Shown: piece after piece, positions 39,501-50,445 of the stretch
How positions within the stretch are numbered: the first letter of the stretch is position 1
Layout of the letters: every line of letters starts with the position of its first letter
Virus record (IMG/VR): IMGVR_UViG_3300048996_000163
Coordinates: 68,718 to 132,717 of that record
Direction: 5' to 3' (one strand)
Origin: a virus
Length of the DNA: 64,000 nucleotides
Program-made: the position numbers and the translations under genes
Notes under the pieces: model-generated
The model's input: only the letters and a program-made list of their open reading frames with translations
What the model was told of the DNA's origin: nothing
Database searches by the model: none

Positions 39501-42065
39501 CGGTCGCGACCAGCTCGACGAGTGGGAGGTGGCGGCGTGACGGCCCAGCCGCTGGACGAGCTGCTCAACGACTACCGCTACGAGGTGACGCAGGGTGCCG
39601 CTGTCGGGTTCAGCGACGAGGCCGATGCCATCCGCGACGAGATCGACGTCCGGCTCGGATACCTGCGCGCGGTCGCCGAGAACCCGAACGACTCGCGCGC
39701 ATTGGCCGAGGTCGTCGCGTACGTCCTGGACGGGGGCGAGAAGCCGTGATCTACGACATCCCCGAACCGGCCGACTACGTGCTCTCCGTCTACGACCGGG
39801 CCGACCGCACCTGGACCCGCGTCCCTGGCCACCCCGACCTGTGGCAGCACGCCGATGTCGTCAAGCCGTGGCGGAACCTCGTCGCGATGCTCGGCCCGAT
39901 CCGAGACAAGGACCTGGCGCAGTGACCCCTCCGCAACCGACTCCCGCCCTGCTCGTCGTTGCTCGTCGGGTCGCCGCCCACCGCTGGACGCTCGGCCCGA
40001 ACGACGACTACAGCCCGACCGCCAACCCGAACCTGAACCTGCTCCACGAGTACGGCTTCGTCTACGTGCGCTTCGCCGCCAATCACCTGCGGCAGGACGT
40101 CGCCGACGAGGACCGTTGGGCGCTCACGCTGACGGGCCGGGACTGGCTCGCCGAACACGACACCGAAGCGAAGGAGACCCGATGACGAGTCACTACGACG
40201 TGTTCGGCATGCGCCACCACAGCCCCGAGGCAGACGCGATCCTCGCCGCTCAGGTCCGCGACATGATGTTCCCGGTCCGCTGCACCTGCGGTCGGATCTA
40301 CGACCTCGCGAAGGTTGAGGTGACCGCCCGGTACGCCGACTGCTCCATGTGGAAGGCGCCGTGCTGTGGTCGACCTGCCGATGACCGTGGCGAGACCGGC
40401 TGGAAGACCACGCAGGACTACTACCGGCTGGACCGTAACGGGCGGGAGGTGCGGCGGTGACCGACTGGATGAGCAACCCGGCCGTCCGCGACAACGGCGA
40501 CGGCACCTACACGCTCGCCGACGAAGACGGTCGCGTGTCCGCCTGGTGTTGGCGGATCGTGCCGTTCGGTGGAGGCTGGCGGGCGTACGCGCCGGACGAC
40601 CACTTCGGCGCCACCGTGTTCGCGACTGCCGCCGACGCGATCGGCGCAGTGCTCGGCGACCCGGCGAAGTCGCACGTCGTCGGGGGTCAGCTCTGGACGG
40701 ATGCTGACTGCGGGTTCGCACGGTGACCCCCGAGCTGATGACCTGGACGAAGCCGACCACCTACACCGTCTGCGCCGTCCCCGAGACCGTCCAGGACTGG
40801 TACGTCTTCGCGATCACCGTCGAGGAGACCGCACCCGACCGGTGGGCGGTCCGCCGCTCGAAGCGCTGCCTCAACGCGGACGGCGACTGGGAGTGGGAGT
40901 CGATCCCGTCCGAACGGGAGGATGACTTCCTGCGGCGATGCCGGTTCAGCCTGGAGGCGGCGTTGAACATGGCGAGGGAGGCGGCTGCGGAGATCAGGGT
41001 GAACGGGGTCACCGCCGCACGGGCCGCAGTCGAGTGGGCGAGGGAGGGGTCATCGTGACGCGCCTGTCGTGGGCCGAGGGCGAGATCACCGCCGAGTTCG
41101 CCGGCGCCGCCCTGTCGCTCGCGTCGCTGTGCGCGCACCTGCCGGACCGGGCCGAAGCGATGCGGCTCGCGGCCGTCGGGAAGCTGGACGAGGAAAGCCG
41201 GGCGCTGGTCGTGGCGCTCGCGGCGCAAATCGAGGAGGGGATCTGATGGACGAGGACCGCTACGTCGAGACCGACCCCGACGAGGAGTACCGATGAACGA
41301 GGTTGACCAGAAGCGCGGGTTCCTGATCTGGCCCGACGACGTCATCGACGAGCTCGTTGGCGACGACACGTACGTGAGCAAGGTCGCCGGGATTTACCTG
41401 GCGCTCGTCGTCAACGGCATCCCGCTCAGCGGCGGCGGCGACCCGAGGTGGTCACAGGTCCTCGACGTGTCGATCAACGAGCACGGCGCGGTCACCGTCT
41501 ACACGAACGGCATCGCGCCGCACGAGCACCACATCGACCGGGACGCTGTGAAGCCGCTGACGGACTGGCTGCGGGAACAGGACGCAGCGGAGTGACCGAG
41601 GTCGGACCAATGTTCCTCGCCGCCGTTCTGGCCGAGACGTTCGAGGAGTACGCCGATGAGCCGCTCGCCGAGGAGGCAGGACGGTTGCTGCAAGAAACCC
41701 TGACTCGCCACGGCTACCGCCTCGCCCCTGTTGACGACGAGCGCACGGCGAGCCGCATCCAGCTGAATGAGGCCGCCCTGAGCGCGGTCCGCCGCTTCGC
41801 CGGCATCGCTGACGCGCTCGCCCGGGACCTGGACCGTGCCGCCCGCGCGATGGCCGCCATGGACGTCGAGCCGGACGAGGCGCGGCGGGTCGAGGATGCG
41901 GCGTGGCATTCGATCTGGCTGCACGGGTCGTGGCGCGAGGTGACGACGCAGATGACGACGGGACAGAAGGAAGCCGCCGCCGCGGCCGTGGAGCGGCACT
42001 GGTACGTCCCGGGCGACAGCATGGGGCCGGAGACTCGGGCGGAGTTGAGGTGGTGGGAGAAATGA
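36596..42065 (+). CDS. array of about 20 small coupled hypothetical ORFs (e.g. 36596-37084, 37084-37491, 37897-38130, 38127-38369, 38865-39068, 40182-40460, 40723-41058, 41293-41595, 41592-42065)
   Basis: SD-led or overlapping ORFs on one strand. Confidence 0.6.
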
Positions 42066-42451
42066 GGGAGCCGCACGAAGGCAGTGCTGTCCGGGAGCGC
42101 ATCTCCCAGCGGATGCGCGCTCGCCGCTACGCACTCGGCCTGTCCGCCGCCGAGTTGAGCGCGAGAACAGGCGTTGCCCGGTCCGTCATCGCGAACTGGG
42201 AGGTGGGGCGGACCAACCTCACCGTCGACGACTACTTCGCGCTCGGCATCGCACTCGGCGCCGAACCGGACGTGTTCATGCGCGAGACGGTCTGCGCACG
42301 GTGCTCCGGGCTGCCGCCTCAGGGCTACACCTGCGCCGACTGCGGGGCGGGTGACAAGCGCGACCCGTGCATGGCCTGCAAGAACGAACCACCAGAGGGC
42401 TTCATCTGCCGCGCATGCGGCGCCGGAACAACACCTGAGGAGCGACCATGA
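42062..42451 (+). CDS. XRE HTH with two C-terminal zinc-ribbon repeats
   Basis: ELSARTGVARSVIANWEVGR; CxxC...PPxGxxCxxCG twice. Confidence 0.75.
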   Translation: MREPHEGSAVRERISQRMRARRYALGLSAAELSARTGVARSVIANWEVGRTNLTVDDYFALGIALGAEPDVFMRETVCARCSGLPPQGYTCADCGAGDKRDPCMACKNEPPEGFICRACGAGTTPEERP

Positions 42452-42639
42452 CCAACTCGACCATCACCCTGGAACTGCAGACCATCGGCCGCGCCACCGC
42501 CACCGTGGACCGCGCCAGGTACGAGCAGTCGAAGGCGGACGGCACCCTCGACCACCTCCTCGACCGGTACCTGTCGAACATGGACGAGACCACCACGGTC
42601 ACGGAGCCTGACGGCACCACGTTCGACCCGACCGCGTGA
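42448..42639 (+). CDS. small acidic protein, paralogue of 38865-39068
   Basis: Shared TITL...VDRA.YEQ.KADGT.D.LLD..LS.M...TT.TEPDGT.FDP. Confidence 0.75.
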   Translation: MTNSTITLELQTIGRATATVDRARYEQSKADGTLDHLLDRYLSNMDETTTVTEPDGTTFDPTA

Positions 42640-42980
42640 ACGCCGAGCAGGTCGAGCGACTGACCCGGTTCATTGAGGCGCGCCTGCGAGACGACGAGCA
42701 GGTCGCCGCCGGCACCGACCTCGACGGTGACTGGCAGCTGGTGGACGAGCGTCAGTACGGGCGGCTCGTCATCTCGACCCGGCGGGTGACGGCCGACGTC
42801 GTCTCGAAGCGGCGCATCCTGACCGAGGTCGTGGCGCAGATCGACGGCATGGACCGGCAGATTGAGGTCGAGCGTGGCAGCGGGCTGTCGAAGACGACCG
42901 GCGAGAGCGACCTGCTGCTGAAGCTGCTCGCGGCACCGTACGACTCGCACCCCGCCTGGGACGAGGCGTGGCGCCCGTGA
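42636..42980 (+). CDS. DUF6221-like protein
   Basis: FIEARLRDDE...ADVVSKRRIL...LLAAPYDSHPAWDEAWRP. Confidence 0.7.
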   Translation: MNAEQVERLTRFIEARLRDDEQVAAGTDLDGDWQLVDERQYGRLVISTRRVTADVVSKRRILTEVVAQIDGMDRQIEVERGSGLSKTTGESDLLLKLLAAPYDSHPAWDEAWRP

Positions 42981-44155
42981 AGACCGGCGGCTGGGGCGGC
43001 ACGTGGGTCGAGCTGGAACGGCCGAAGCCGCCACCGGTCAAGGACGAATACGCGTACTCGTCGAAGCCGCCACCGGACCTGTCACCGCGCTGCGCCTACT
43101 GGGTCAGACAGATCGAACGCGGCTGGCGACCGAACCGGCGCCTCCAGATCATGGGCTGGAGCTCGGCGACCTACTGGTTCGGGGTGTGGACGTGGGAGTA
43201 CCTGAACGTCATCTATCCGAGGTTGCGCGAGTTGAAGGCAGGTCAGTGAACCACTCAACCGCGTCCCGCTTCGGGAGACTGCTCCGCGACCCCGCGTTCC
43301 GGGCGTACCTTCCGTCGGTCGGCTACACCCGCGGCATGACCGCGTGGTGCGTCGCGGACTGGCAGACGGAGGAGCTGGTGCGGGCCGAGATGGAACCGGG
43401 CCGGCACCTGCTCGTCGTCGCGGCCGAGGGTGCGCGGTACGGGCTGCGCATGATCGTGATCGAGGTGGACCGCTGACCGATCGGCGTCGCGGCCTCCACC
43501 GTTCGGTCAGTGTCGGTTACTGCGACGTATCCGAGGTGGTACCTCCGTGCAGTGTCGCCGTGCGCTCGGTCGATGGCCAGACCCGCAGGCCAGGTGGACC
43601 GTGGGGTCATGGACGAACCGGAGGGGATCTACCTCGTGTCGGGTGCGACGCTCGACGACGAGCCGGTCGGGCCACTGTTCCTGCCGGCCGCCGACGCCCA
43701 CGACGTGGCGCGGAAGACGATCGCGGGCATCGGCGGGACGGTGGGGATTCTGCGCGACGGTGAAGCCGGCTGGGTTGAGGTGGCGCGCTACACGGACACC
43801 GGCGTGCACTCACGTGGAGTCGGTGGCGGGCTCGTGACGTGGGCAGTGATCGCGGTGGACGAGGACGAGCCGGACTGGGCCGACGTCGTCGAGGTGCGCC
43901 GGCCGTTCGCGGGACTACGCAGACGGCGGCGCTGAGAGTGGCTGAGCCGCAAGCGCGCTGTGCGCCGCCGGGTCCTCGTCGAGCTGTGCGGTGCCGAACT
44001 CCAGGCGGTCGTCGAACAGGACCGGGATCTGCGACTGGCCGTACCGGAGGTCACCGCTGAGGTCGGGCTCGGTGTCGTACATGAGCTGCCAGATCTCGCG
44101 GGTGGTGTCGCGGGACATGTAGATCACGGGATGCTTGAAGTGCGGCGCCATGCCC

Positions 44156-45369
44156 TCAGGGTAGCCGCGCCTGCCGTGAGATCAGGTGCTGCACGTGCGC
44201 GACGGTGAGGATCGCGAAGTGCCCTCCGTCGGAGTCCCGCTCCAGCACCATCTCGTACGTCTCGGAGCATGACCGGCACACCGCGACAGCGCTGTACGTG
44301 TCCCGCGAGGCGGTGACGACCTGGCGCTCGTGGCACGGCAGCGGCACCCGGATCGTAGTCGCGGTCGTGTCGGTCCAGCGTTCGATGACACGGCCCGGGA
44401 CAAGGTCGGCTTTCGTGACCAGCTCGCCCGCCCCGATGGCTCGCGGGGCGGGCTTCTCGCTGGTCATCCGGCGGACCGGTGCACGTACCCAGCGGGTTCA
44501 CCCAGCTCGTTGTAGCGGTCCGCATCTCCAGCGGCGGGCGTGTAGAGGCTGTCGCGAATCGCGTCGAGCACCGCACCCGAGTAGCTGGACTGCGTCGGCT
44601 CGTACGAGGCGGGCTCCCACGGCTCGTTGATGTCGTCGTCATCCGTCACCGTGTCGTTCATGGGCCGGATCGGGTCGGGGTCGATCGCCTCGTCGAGTTG
44701 GGCGATCCCAGCTTCGGCCTGCTCGATGGTCTGCGCGCGGCGGCCGACGATGTCACGGCACTCCGGGCAGGTGATCACGGCAGGGTCGCCGCAACGGGCG
44801 CCCTGAGCGCCGCATGCCGCGGCACTGGACGCGGCGTAGATGTCCCGGTTGAAGGCGTGCACCAAGGGCAGCGTCTCGGCGTCGCTGGGGTCGCCCTTGA
44901 CCTTGAGGCCCATCTCACGCTGCAACTCCCGCTGGTAGGCGGCCGAGTCGGCTTTCCGGGCGGCGCGGGTGACTTCGCGGTACTCCTCCAGGGCCTCGGC
45001 GTGTGCGGCGTCGCGCACGACCTGGCGACCTTCAGCGCTCATCCGGTCCGTCATCTCCTTGGCGGTCAGCGGTTCGGGGTGCTCGACGCGGCTGTGACCG
45101 AGCGGGTTGCGCAGGCAGTCGCACTGCTCGCGGGCGTCCTGCGCGGTGTGCGCCTCGTCCCACACCTGCTCGGGCGTGTTCGCGGGGTAGTAGCGGTACC
45201 CGACGCCGCGACGCCACCAGCCGAACTCGCGCAGCAGACCGCGCTCGATCATCGCGTCGACGGTGCGGCGGAGGGTGCGGCCGTCGCGGATCAGATCGAC
45301 GTAACCGTGCCTCGCCACGATCTCCATCACGCGCTGCATGGCTGGGGTGAGCTTCGCGTTCTTCGTCAT
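44156..45369 (-). CDS. two coupled hypothetical ORFs (44156-44467, 44464-45369)
   Basis: ATGA overlap; GGAGG SD. Confidence 0.6.
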
Positions 45370-45464
45370 GATGACCTCCGCTTACGTTGTCCTGCTGATA
45401 TAGACAACGCTAGGCTGATCGGAACGGCTTGTCAACCCCAACAGGACAACGTACCTTTACGGGC

Positions 45465-45698
45465 ATGGAAGGCTTCCTCACCGCCGAACAACTCGCTGCC
45501 CGCCTCGGCGTCAAGCGGGACAGCATCTACCGCATGCACACCCGCGGCGACCTGCTCGCGCCCGACGAGAAGGTGGGCCGCACACCGCTGTGGTCCGTCG
45601 CGAGCGTCGATGCGTGGGAGAAGGATCGGCCGGGTCACGGCTGGCGGAAGGGCAAGAAGCGGGAGACGCCGGCGAGCGATTCGCCCGAGGGTGGTTGA
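45465..45698 (+). CDS. AlpA/MerR-like HTH protein (leaderless)
   Basis: LTAEQLAARLGVKRDSIY...PDEKVGRTPLW. Confidence 0.75.
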   Translation: MEGFLTAEQLAARLGVKRDSIYRMHTRGDLLAPDEKVGRTPLWSVASVDAWEKDRPGHGWRKGKKRETPASDSPEGG

Positions 45699-45798
45699 GG
45701 TTCAAGAGCGGCGAGGAGCGAAGGCCAGGGTCCGCACGGACCGGTTGAGCCTCGTCCTCGCCGCCCTTTTGGGCGCCGATGTGGGTCGGGCGCCGGAC

Positions 45799-45965
45799 CT
45801 GCCCCCACCCTAGGGTGGGTGGTGGGGGCAGTTTCGCCGTGATGCCTCCTGCCCGCTGCCCGCAGACTGCCCGGGGCAGGTCTGGCCTGCGGTTTCGCAA
45901 AACTGCCCGCGCTCAGTCGGGGCAGTTATCTAACCCGTCGGTTTCGTACCTGCCCGGGGCAGTTT
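45799..45965. repeat. CTGCCC/GGGCAG iteron and palindrome array; candidate origin 3
   Basis: CTGCCCCCACC...GGTGGGGGCAG around CCCACCCTAGGGTGGG; about 10 hexamer copies overlapping the ATPase stop. Confidence 0.7.
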
Positions 45966-47004
45966 CGTGCTCACGCTTGTAGATGCGTGCCGCCTCCTCC
46001 CAGACGCTGTTCGCGTGCTTGCGGTCCGGGTAAGCCTTCATCACCGCCGCCTTGATCGCGTCCCGGCCAGCACGCGGCGACAGGCCCAACGCGACGGCCT
46101 GACCGGCGAGATACTTCGCCACCTCGAAGTCGGACTCACCCGAGCCGGAGCGATCACGAAGGACGTGCCGGGTCTCCCCCGCCGCCCAGCGCTCAGTGTC
46201 TCCGTCGCCGATCTTCCGCCCCTGCCGCCACAGGTCGATGACGCTCCGGCCGAGACCGGACCGCGTGTGGGTTCGCGTCAGCCTGATCGGCACCCCGGCC
46301 GGTCCCGGCTTGCCCTCCGTCGACAGCTCCCAGACGGCGTCCACATCCTGCGTCTTCGCCGACGAGCCGCGGGCGCCCCGGCCGGAGTCCTTGCCGAAGT
46401 GGTCGAGCCTCACGCTGGCGATCCGGTCCCGCTTCAGGTAGAGCATGGTCCGCCGGTAGAGGTCCAGCCATGTGTCCGAGTCGTTCTCCTTGCCGCTGAT
46501 CATCCTGCTGATCGTGTCGAGCATGACGACCTCTGCCTCCGCCTCGTCAATGAAGCGACGGAGCGTCTCGCCACCCTCCGCGGTGTCGAGCGGCGGCAGG
46601 CCGGGGAAGCTCAGGTAGCGGACGCCCGCCAGGTCGTCGCCGTCGAAGCCGAGGCTGCGGGCGCGGTCCTGGATGTCACCCCATGAGTTCTCGCAGTCGA
46701 CGTACAGGACGCGGCGCGGTGTGCGCTCGCCACCGCCGTAGATGCGCCTGCCGGCGGAGATGGCCTGGGCCCATTCGAGGGTGAACAGGCTCTTGCCGAC
46801 CTTGCCATCGCCGACGAGTGCGGTCTGCTGGCCGGGCTGGATGATGTCTCCCGCAACGAACTCGGCGCGTCCGAAGTCTTCGGCGAGGAACTTGGGCCAG
46901 TCGAGGAACGGGCTCGTGGCGATGGGCTCCGGTTCGGCGGGCCGCTCCCGGCTCCATTCCTCAGGCCAGTCGATGCCGTCGGCGTTGGGGATGGTGTCGG
47001 TCAT
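45913..47004 (-). CDS. AAA_25/RepA-like replicative ATPase
   Basis: GDGKVGKS, VLYVDCEN, VMLDTISR, LDHFGK, ARGSSAK. Confidence 0.82.
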   Translation of the reverse strand: MTDTIPNADGIDWPEEWSRERPAEPEPIATSPFLDWPKFLAEDFGRAEFVAGDIIQPGQQTALVGDGKVGKSLFTLEWAQAISAGRRIYGGGERTPRRVLYVDCENSWGDIQDRARSLGFDGDDLAGVRYLSFPGLPPLDTAEGGETLRRFIDEAEAEVVMLDTISRMISGKENDSDTWLDLYRRTMLYLKRDRIASVRLDHFGKDSGRGARGSSAKTQDVDAVWELSTEGKPGPAGVPIRLTRTHTRSGLGRSVIDLWRQGRKIGDGDTERWAAGETRHVLRDRSGSGESDFEVAKYLAGQAVALGLSPRAGRDAIKAAVMKAYPDRKHANSVWEEAARIYKREHETAPGRYETDGLDNCPD

Positions 47005-47072
47005 GCCACCGCCCCGGAACGCGCAAGGTCCGGTATTTGGGCAGGCTCGCGCCTACCGTTAATCTGGCCCAC
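47001..47072 (-). CDS. 23-aa leader peptide coupled to the ATPase
   Basis: AAAGGA SD; VGQINGRREPAQIPDLARSGAVA; ATGA overlap. Confidence 0.5.
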   Translation of the reverse strand: MGQINGRREPAQIPDLARSGAVA

Positions 47073-47152
47073 GGTTGAGTAATCCTTTCGGGTGCTCGAT
47101 CGGGCCCTAGCCGGTTGAAGCTGTCCAAGGCGATCCGGCTGGGGCCGCTTAC

Positions 47153-47659
47153 TCAGTTGGCGTCGGCTGCCGTGGCGGCGCGGTCCTTCTTGGCCTTGTT
47201 CACCACGAGGCGATCGGGACGGTGGCGGCGGTTGAGCGCCAACCATGTCTCCGGCCTCTTCCTCCAGCCGGTTTCGCGTATCCAGCCCGTGGCGTCGCGA
47301 ACGTAGCGAAGCCTTCCGGCAAGGACGCGCTCACCAATCTCCGGCTCGGCCGCCAAGACGCCAGCGATTCCAGCCCTGTTCAGGAGCGTCTGGTACCACG
47401 GGTTGGCCAAGAACGTCGCAACGGACGGCGACCGCTGCCGGTCCAGCCAGCGACCAATCGCGGTGTTGCACCGAACGCACAGCAGGCCGCGAACCGCCCA
47501 GTCGGCGATCGCCGAGTCGTGGTCGATGTAGAGCTGACCCCCGGGGCATTCCACCTCAGGGGTTAGGCAGATTTCGCACCTGCCTCCCGACCTGGCTTGA
47601 AGGTCGGCGTACTCCTCGCACGTCAGGCGGTAGACCACGCGATGGCGACAGCCCGTCAA
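47153..47659 (-). CDS. endonuclease VII-like HNH protein
   Basis: CEIC...IDHD...VRGLLCVRCNTAIG. Confidence 0.8.
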   Translation of the reverse strand: MTGCRHRVVYRLTCEEYADLQARSGGRCEICLTPEVECPGGQLYIDHDSAIADWAVRGLLCVRCNTAIGRWLDRQRSPSVATFLANPWYQTLLNRAGIAGVLAAEPEIGERVLAGRLRYVRDATGWIRETGWRKRPETWLALNRRHRPDRLVVNKAKKDRAATAADAN

Positions 47660-47934
47660 GACTCGCCACCCTTCTTCTTGCCTGCCGCCGCCTGCCGCTT
47701 CCGCTCAGCCTCAACCTGACGGAGCGCCTCTCTCTGCTCCTCCGTCATCGCGTCGCGGCGGAGCATCTCGCGGGTACGGCTGAGCCGTTTCGCGATGGCC
47801 GACTGTCGGCCGCTCGCACCCTCCGTGACGCCCTCCGCGATGTAGGAACGGAGGGTCTGCCGGTAGTTCTCCCAGGCCCGTTCGATGTCCTCGAACGCGG
47901 CTACGACCTCGTCTTCTGTTGCCATGACTGCCAT
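47656..47934 (-). CDS. small HTH regulator
   Basis: QSAIAKRLSRTREMLRR; AAGGAGG SD. Confidence 0.6.
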   Translation of the reverse strand: MAVMATEDEVVAAFEDIERAWENYRQTLRSYIAEGVTEGASGRQSAIAKRLSRTREMLRRDAMTEEQREALRQVEAERKRQAAAGKKKGGES

Positions 47935-48023
47935 GATCTCACCTCCTTGGCCTAGCCTATATGGCCCAACCTCCTTTGCCAAGTTTCCTTGACACGCCTA
48001 CTTTCCTTGGCTACTGTTAAGGC

Positions 48024-48617
48024 ATGACGCAGACGAGCACCGCCACCGCCAACCGGATCTACTCGGTCCCGAACGCCGGCCTCGTCCACGTCATCGGCGA
48101 GGTCGAGATCACCCTCAACCCGCACACCTACGCCGGGTTCCTCCTCCGGGGCAGCCGCAACGGCGTCCACGCCCCCGACCTGTGCGGCCAGTTCAACCAC
48201 TCCGACGACGCGATCCGTGCGTTCACCGCCGCCATCGCCCGCGTCGAGGCGGAGCAGGTCGAGGCCGCCGCCGAGAAGCCCGCCAAGGTCGAGGCGCCCG
48301 CTACCGTCCACGCCATCCCCGGCAACGTCGGCACCATGCAGCGGGTCAGCGACCCGGCCCATACGGTTCTCGCGCTCGCCGCGACGCACCCCGCCGGGAT
48401 CGTCGAGCAGGGCGGGAAGCTCGGCCAGGCCACTCGCACCCAGATCCGCTCGCTGGCCCGCAAGGGGTACCTCGTCGAGATCTACGAGCAGGGCCGCAAC
48501 GACGCCCGCAAGGTCATCGAGGCCGGACGGATCACCGCCAAGGGCCGCAAGCGGCTTGCCGAACTCACCGCCGCCGACAGCGACGCCGCCCGCCTCAACG
48601 CCGCCCTCGCAGCCTGA
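48024..48617 (+). CDS. hypothetical protein (leaderless)
   Basis: TTGACA-17 bp-TACTGT, 6 nt before ATG. Confidence 0.7.
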   Translation: MTQTSTATANRIYSVPNAGLVHVIGEVEITLNPHTYAGFLLRGSRNGVHAPDLCGQFNHSDDAIRAFTAAIARVEAEQVEAAAEKPAKVEAPATVHAIPGNVGTMQRVSDPAHTVLALAATHPAGIVEQGGKLGQATRTQIRSLARKGYLVEIYEQGRNDARKVIEAGRITAKGRKRLAELTAADSDAARLNAALAA

Positions 48618-48629
48618 AGGAGCCCCGCC

Positions 48630-49035
48630 ATGATGCAGATCGTCGCCGAAGCCCCGCAGCCCACCCTCGTCATCCACGGCCACCACGCCACCATCAGCGG
48701 CGTCCGGTTCCTGCACATGGCGCACTACCCGTGGTGCCGCAACGCGTTCCACGTCGCCACCGACGGCGGCACCATCCACATGGGCATCGCCGTCACCGGC
48801 AAGAACCCCGCGCTGGTACGAGAAGGAAACCCCCGGCGGTCACCCCGAGGCACCGGCCGAGTGCCCGAACGAGGCGTGCGGCAAGGAGATGCCTCGCCGC
48901 CAGTACCACTGGTACACGCCGTCGCCGGTCTACCTCGCCCGGGACCTGATGAACGAGGCGTGGACGACGATCCGCGTCAACCACCCGAAGCTGTCCGGTC
49001 CGGCCGACCGCGCCGCCGGCATCATCCCCGCCTGA
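48630..49035 (+). pseudogene. hypothetical gene with +1 frameshift in a C-run
   Basis: Coding-like frame switches at CCCC 48806-48809 to RWYEKETPGGH...GIIPA*, followed by AAGGAG and a new ORF 49047-49250. Confidence 0.55.
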
Positions 49036-49046
49036 AGGAGCATGCC

Positions 49047-50205
49047 ATGCACGAGCCCCACCAGCTGGACGAACGCACCCCCGCCGAGTACGCCGCGCTC
49101 ATCGCCGCCGTCGAAGCGTCCCTGCCCGTGCCGATGCGCGACCCGAAGGGCCGGACCGTCATCGTCGGCGCCGACCGCGTCGCCGAAAGGCTCGCCGCCG
49201 GCTACACCCAACACCCCGACCTTGCCGCCGCCGCCGACCGGAACCGCTGAGGAGCCGACCGTGCCGATCCCCCTGGACCCGTACGTCGCCGAGGTCGCCG
49301 CGGCCCTGACCGCCGCCGGACACGACGTCACCGAAACGTGGACCGAAGCAACCGACCCGACGGACCACAACATCGCGCTGCGGGTGCGCACCTCGACGCT
49401 CGTCCTCGTCTGGGACACCGCCCGCAGATGGGTGTGGATTGCATACCCGTCCCCGTCCGGCACGTACAGCGCCGCCGGGACGTTGCTCCCTGACGACGGT
49501 GTCCGTCCCGCCCCGGCTGTCGTCGCCGCCGCGGTCGCCCTGCTCATCGCCCGCCCGATCTTCTGAAGGAGCCCGCCATGCGCCGCACCGACATCGTCAC
49601 CGGGGCCGAGCTGTACCTGGCCGCCGGCGAGCAGTGGAAGGTCGTCCCGCCGAAGCGCGCCACCGTCGTCGACCCCGGCCCGTACCGGATCCACCGCGCC
49701 ACGCAGGGCCCGTTCACGTTCGTCTCCCACACCCGCGACGACGCCGGCACCGCGGTCCTCGTCCGCGTCGACGGCGAAACCACCGACCGCGCCGTGCCCC
49801 GCCGCGACCTGCGCGGCCTGTGGCTGGAGACGCTCGCCGCGACCGGGCGAACCCTGGCCGGGGTCAAGGCGCACAGGGCTCTGCTGTCGGAGATCGCCGG
49901 CTCCGGCCGGGACGTCACCGGCGAGGACCTGCTGCGGCTCGCGGCGGGCGACGAAGGCCTGCCCGACGACACGTTCACCACGCTCGCCTGCACCATCGAA
50001 GGAGAATGACGTCATGGCCCTCTACCTCTTCGCCTACCAGTCCGGCCGCGCCGGCGGAGGCTTCGGGTTCGGCAACTGGATCACCGAGCGCGAACGGGCG
50101 ATCCGGACCAAGGAAGACCTCGACTGGGTCGCCGAGGAGATCCGCGTCGGCAACCCGGGCAACACGTCCGTGGTGATCCTGTCGTGGCAGCGCTTCGAAG
50201 ACTGA
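49047..50205 (+). CDS. four hypothetical ORFs (49047-49250, 49261-49566, 49578-50009, 50014-50205)
   Basis: Each has a GGAG SD. Confidence 0.6.
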
Positions 50206-50445
50206 ACCGAACGTGACGGCGTCGGCAGCGCACGGTGAGATTCCGTGCCAGTCGGCGCCGTTTGCTGTGTGGAGATCGCTTACGTGGCCTACGTTCCGAA
50301 ACAACGCAGACCCCCATCTCGGCTGCTGACAACAGTTCGCCGTAGTCCGGGTCTCCGGAAAACCCTTGCCCAAGCTGTAGGGGTGCAGGCTGATGTTGGC
50401 CACGGAGAGCGCAGGTGATCCCCGGACCAACCTCTGGAGCCCACG

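Noticed and set aside
48630-49250. single 206-aa CDS from the ORF track
   Set aside because: Middle segment is off-frame-like; better explained by a frameshifted gene plus a separate SD-led ORF at 49047
50280-50445. c-di-AMP (ydaO) riboswitch upstream of NlpC/P60
   Set aside because: Expected context, but I could not find the GAAUC / GUCAGCUAAC core motifs
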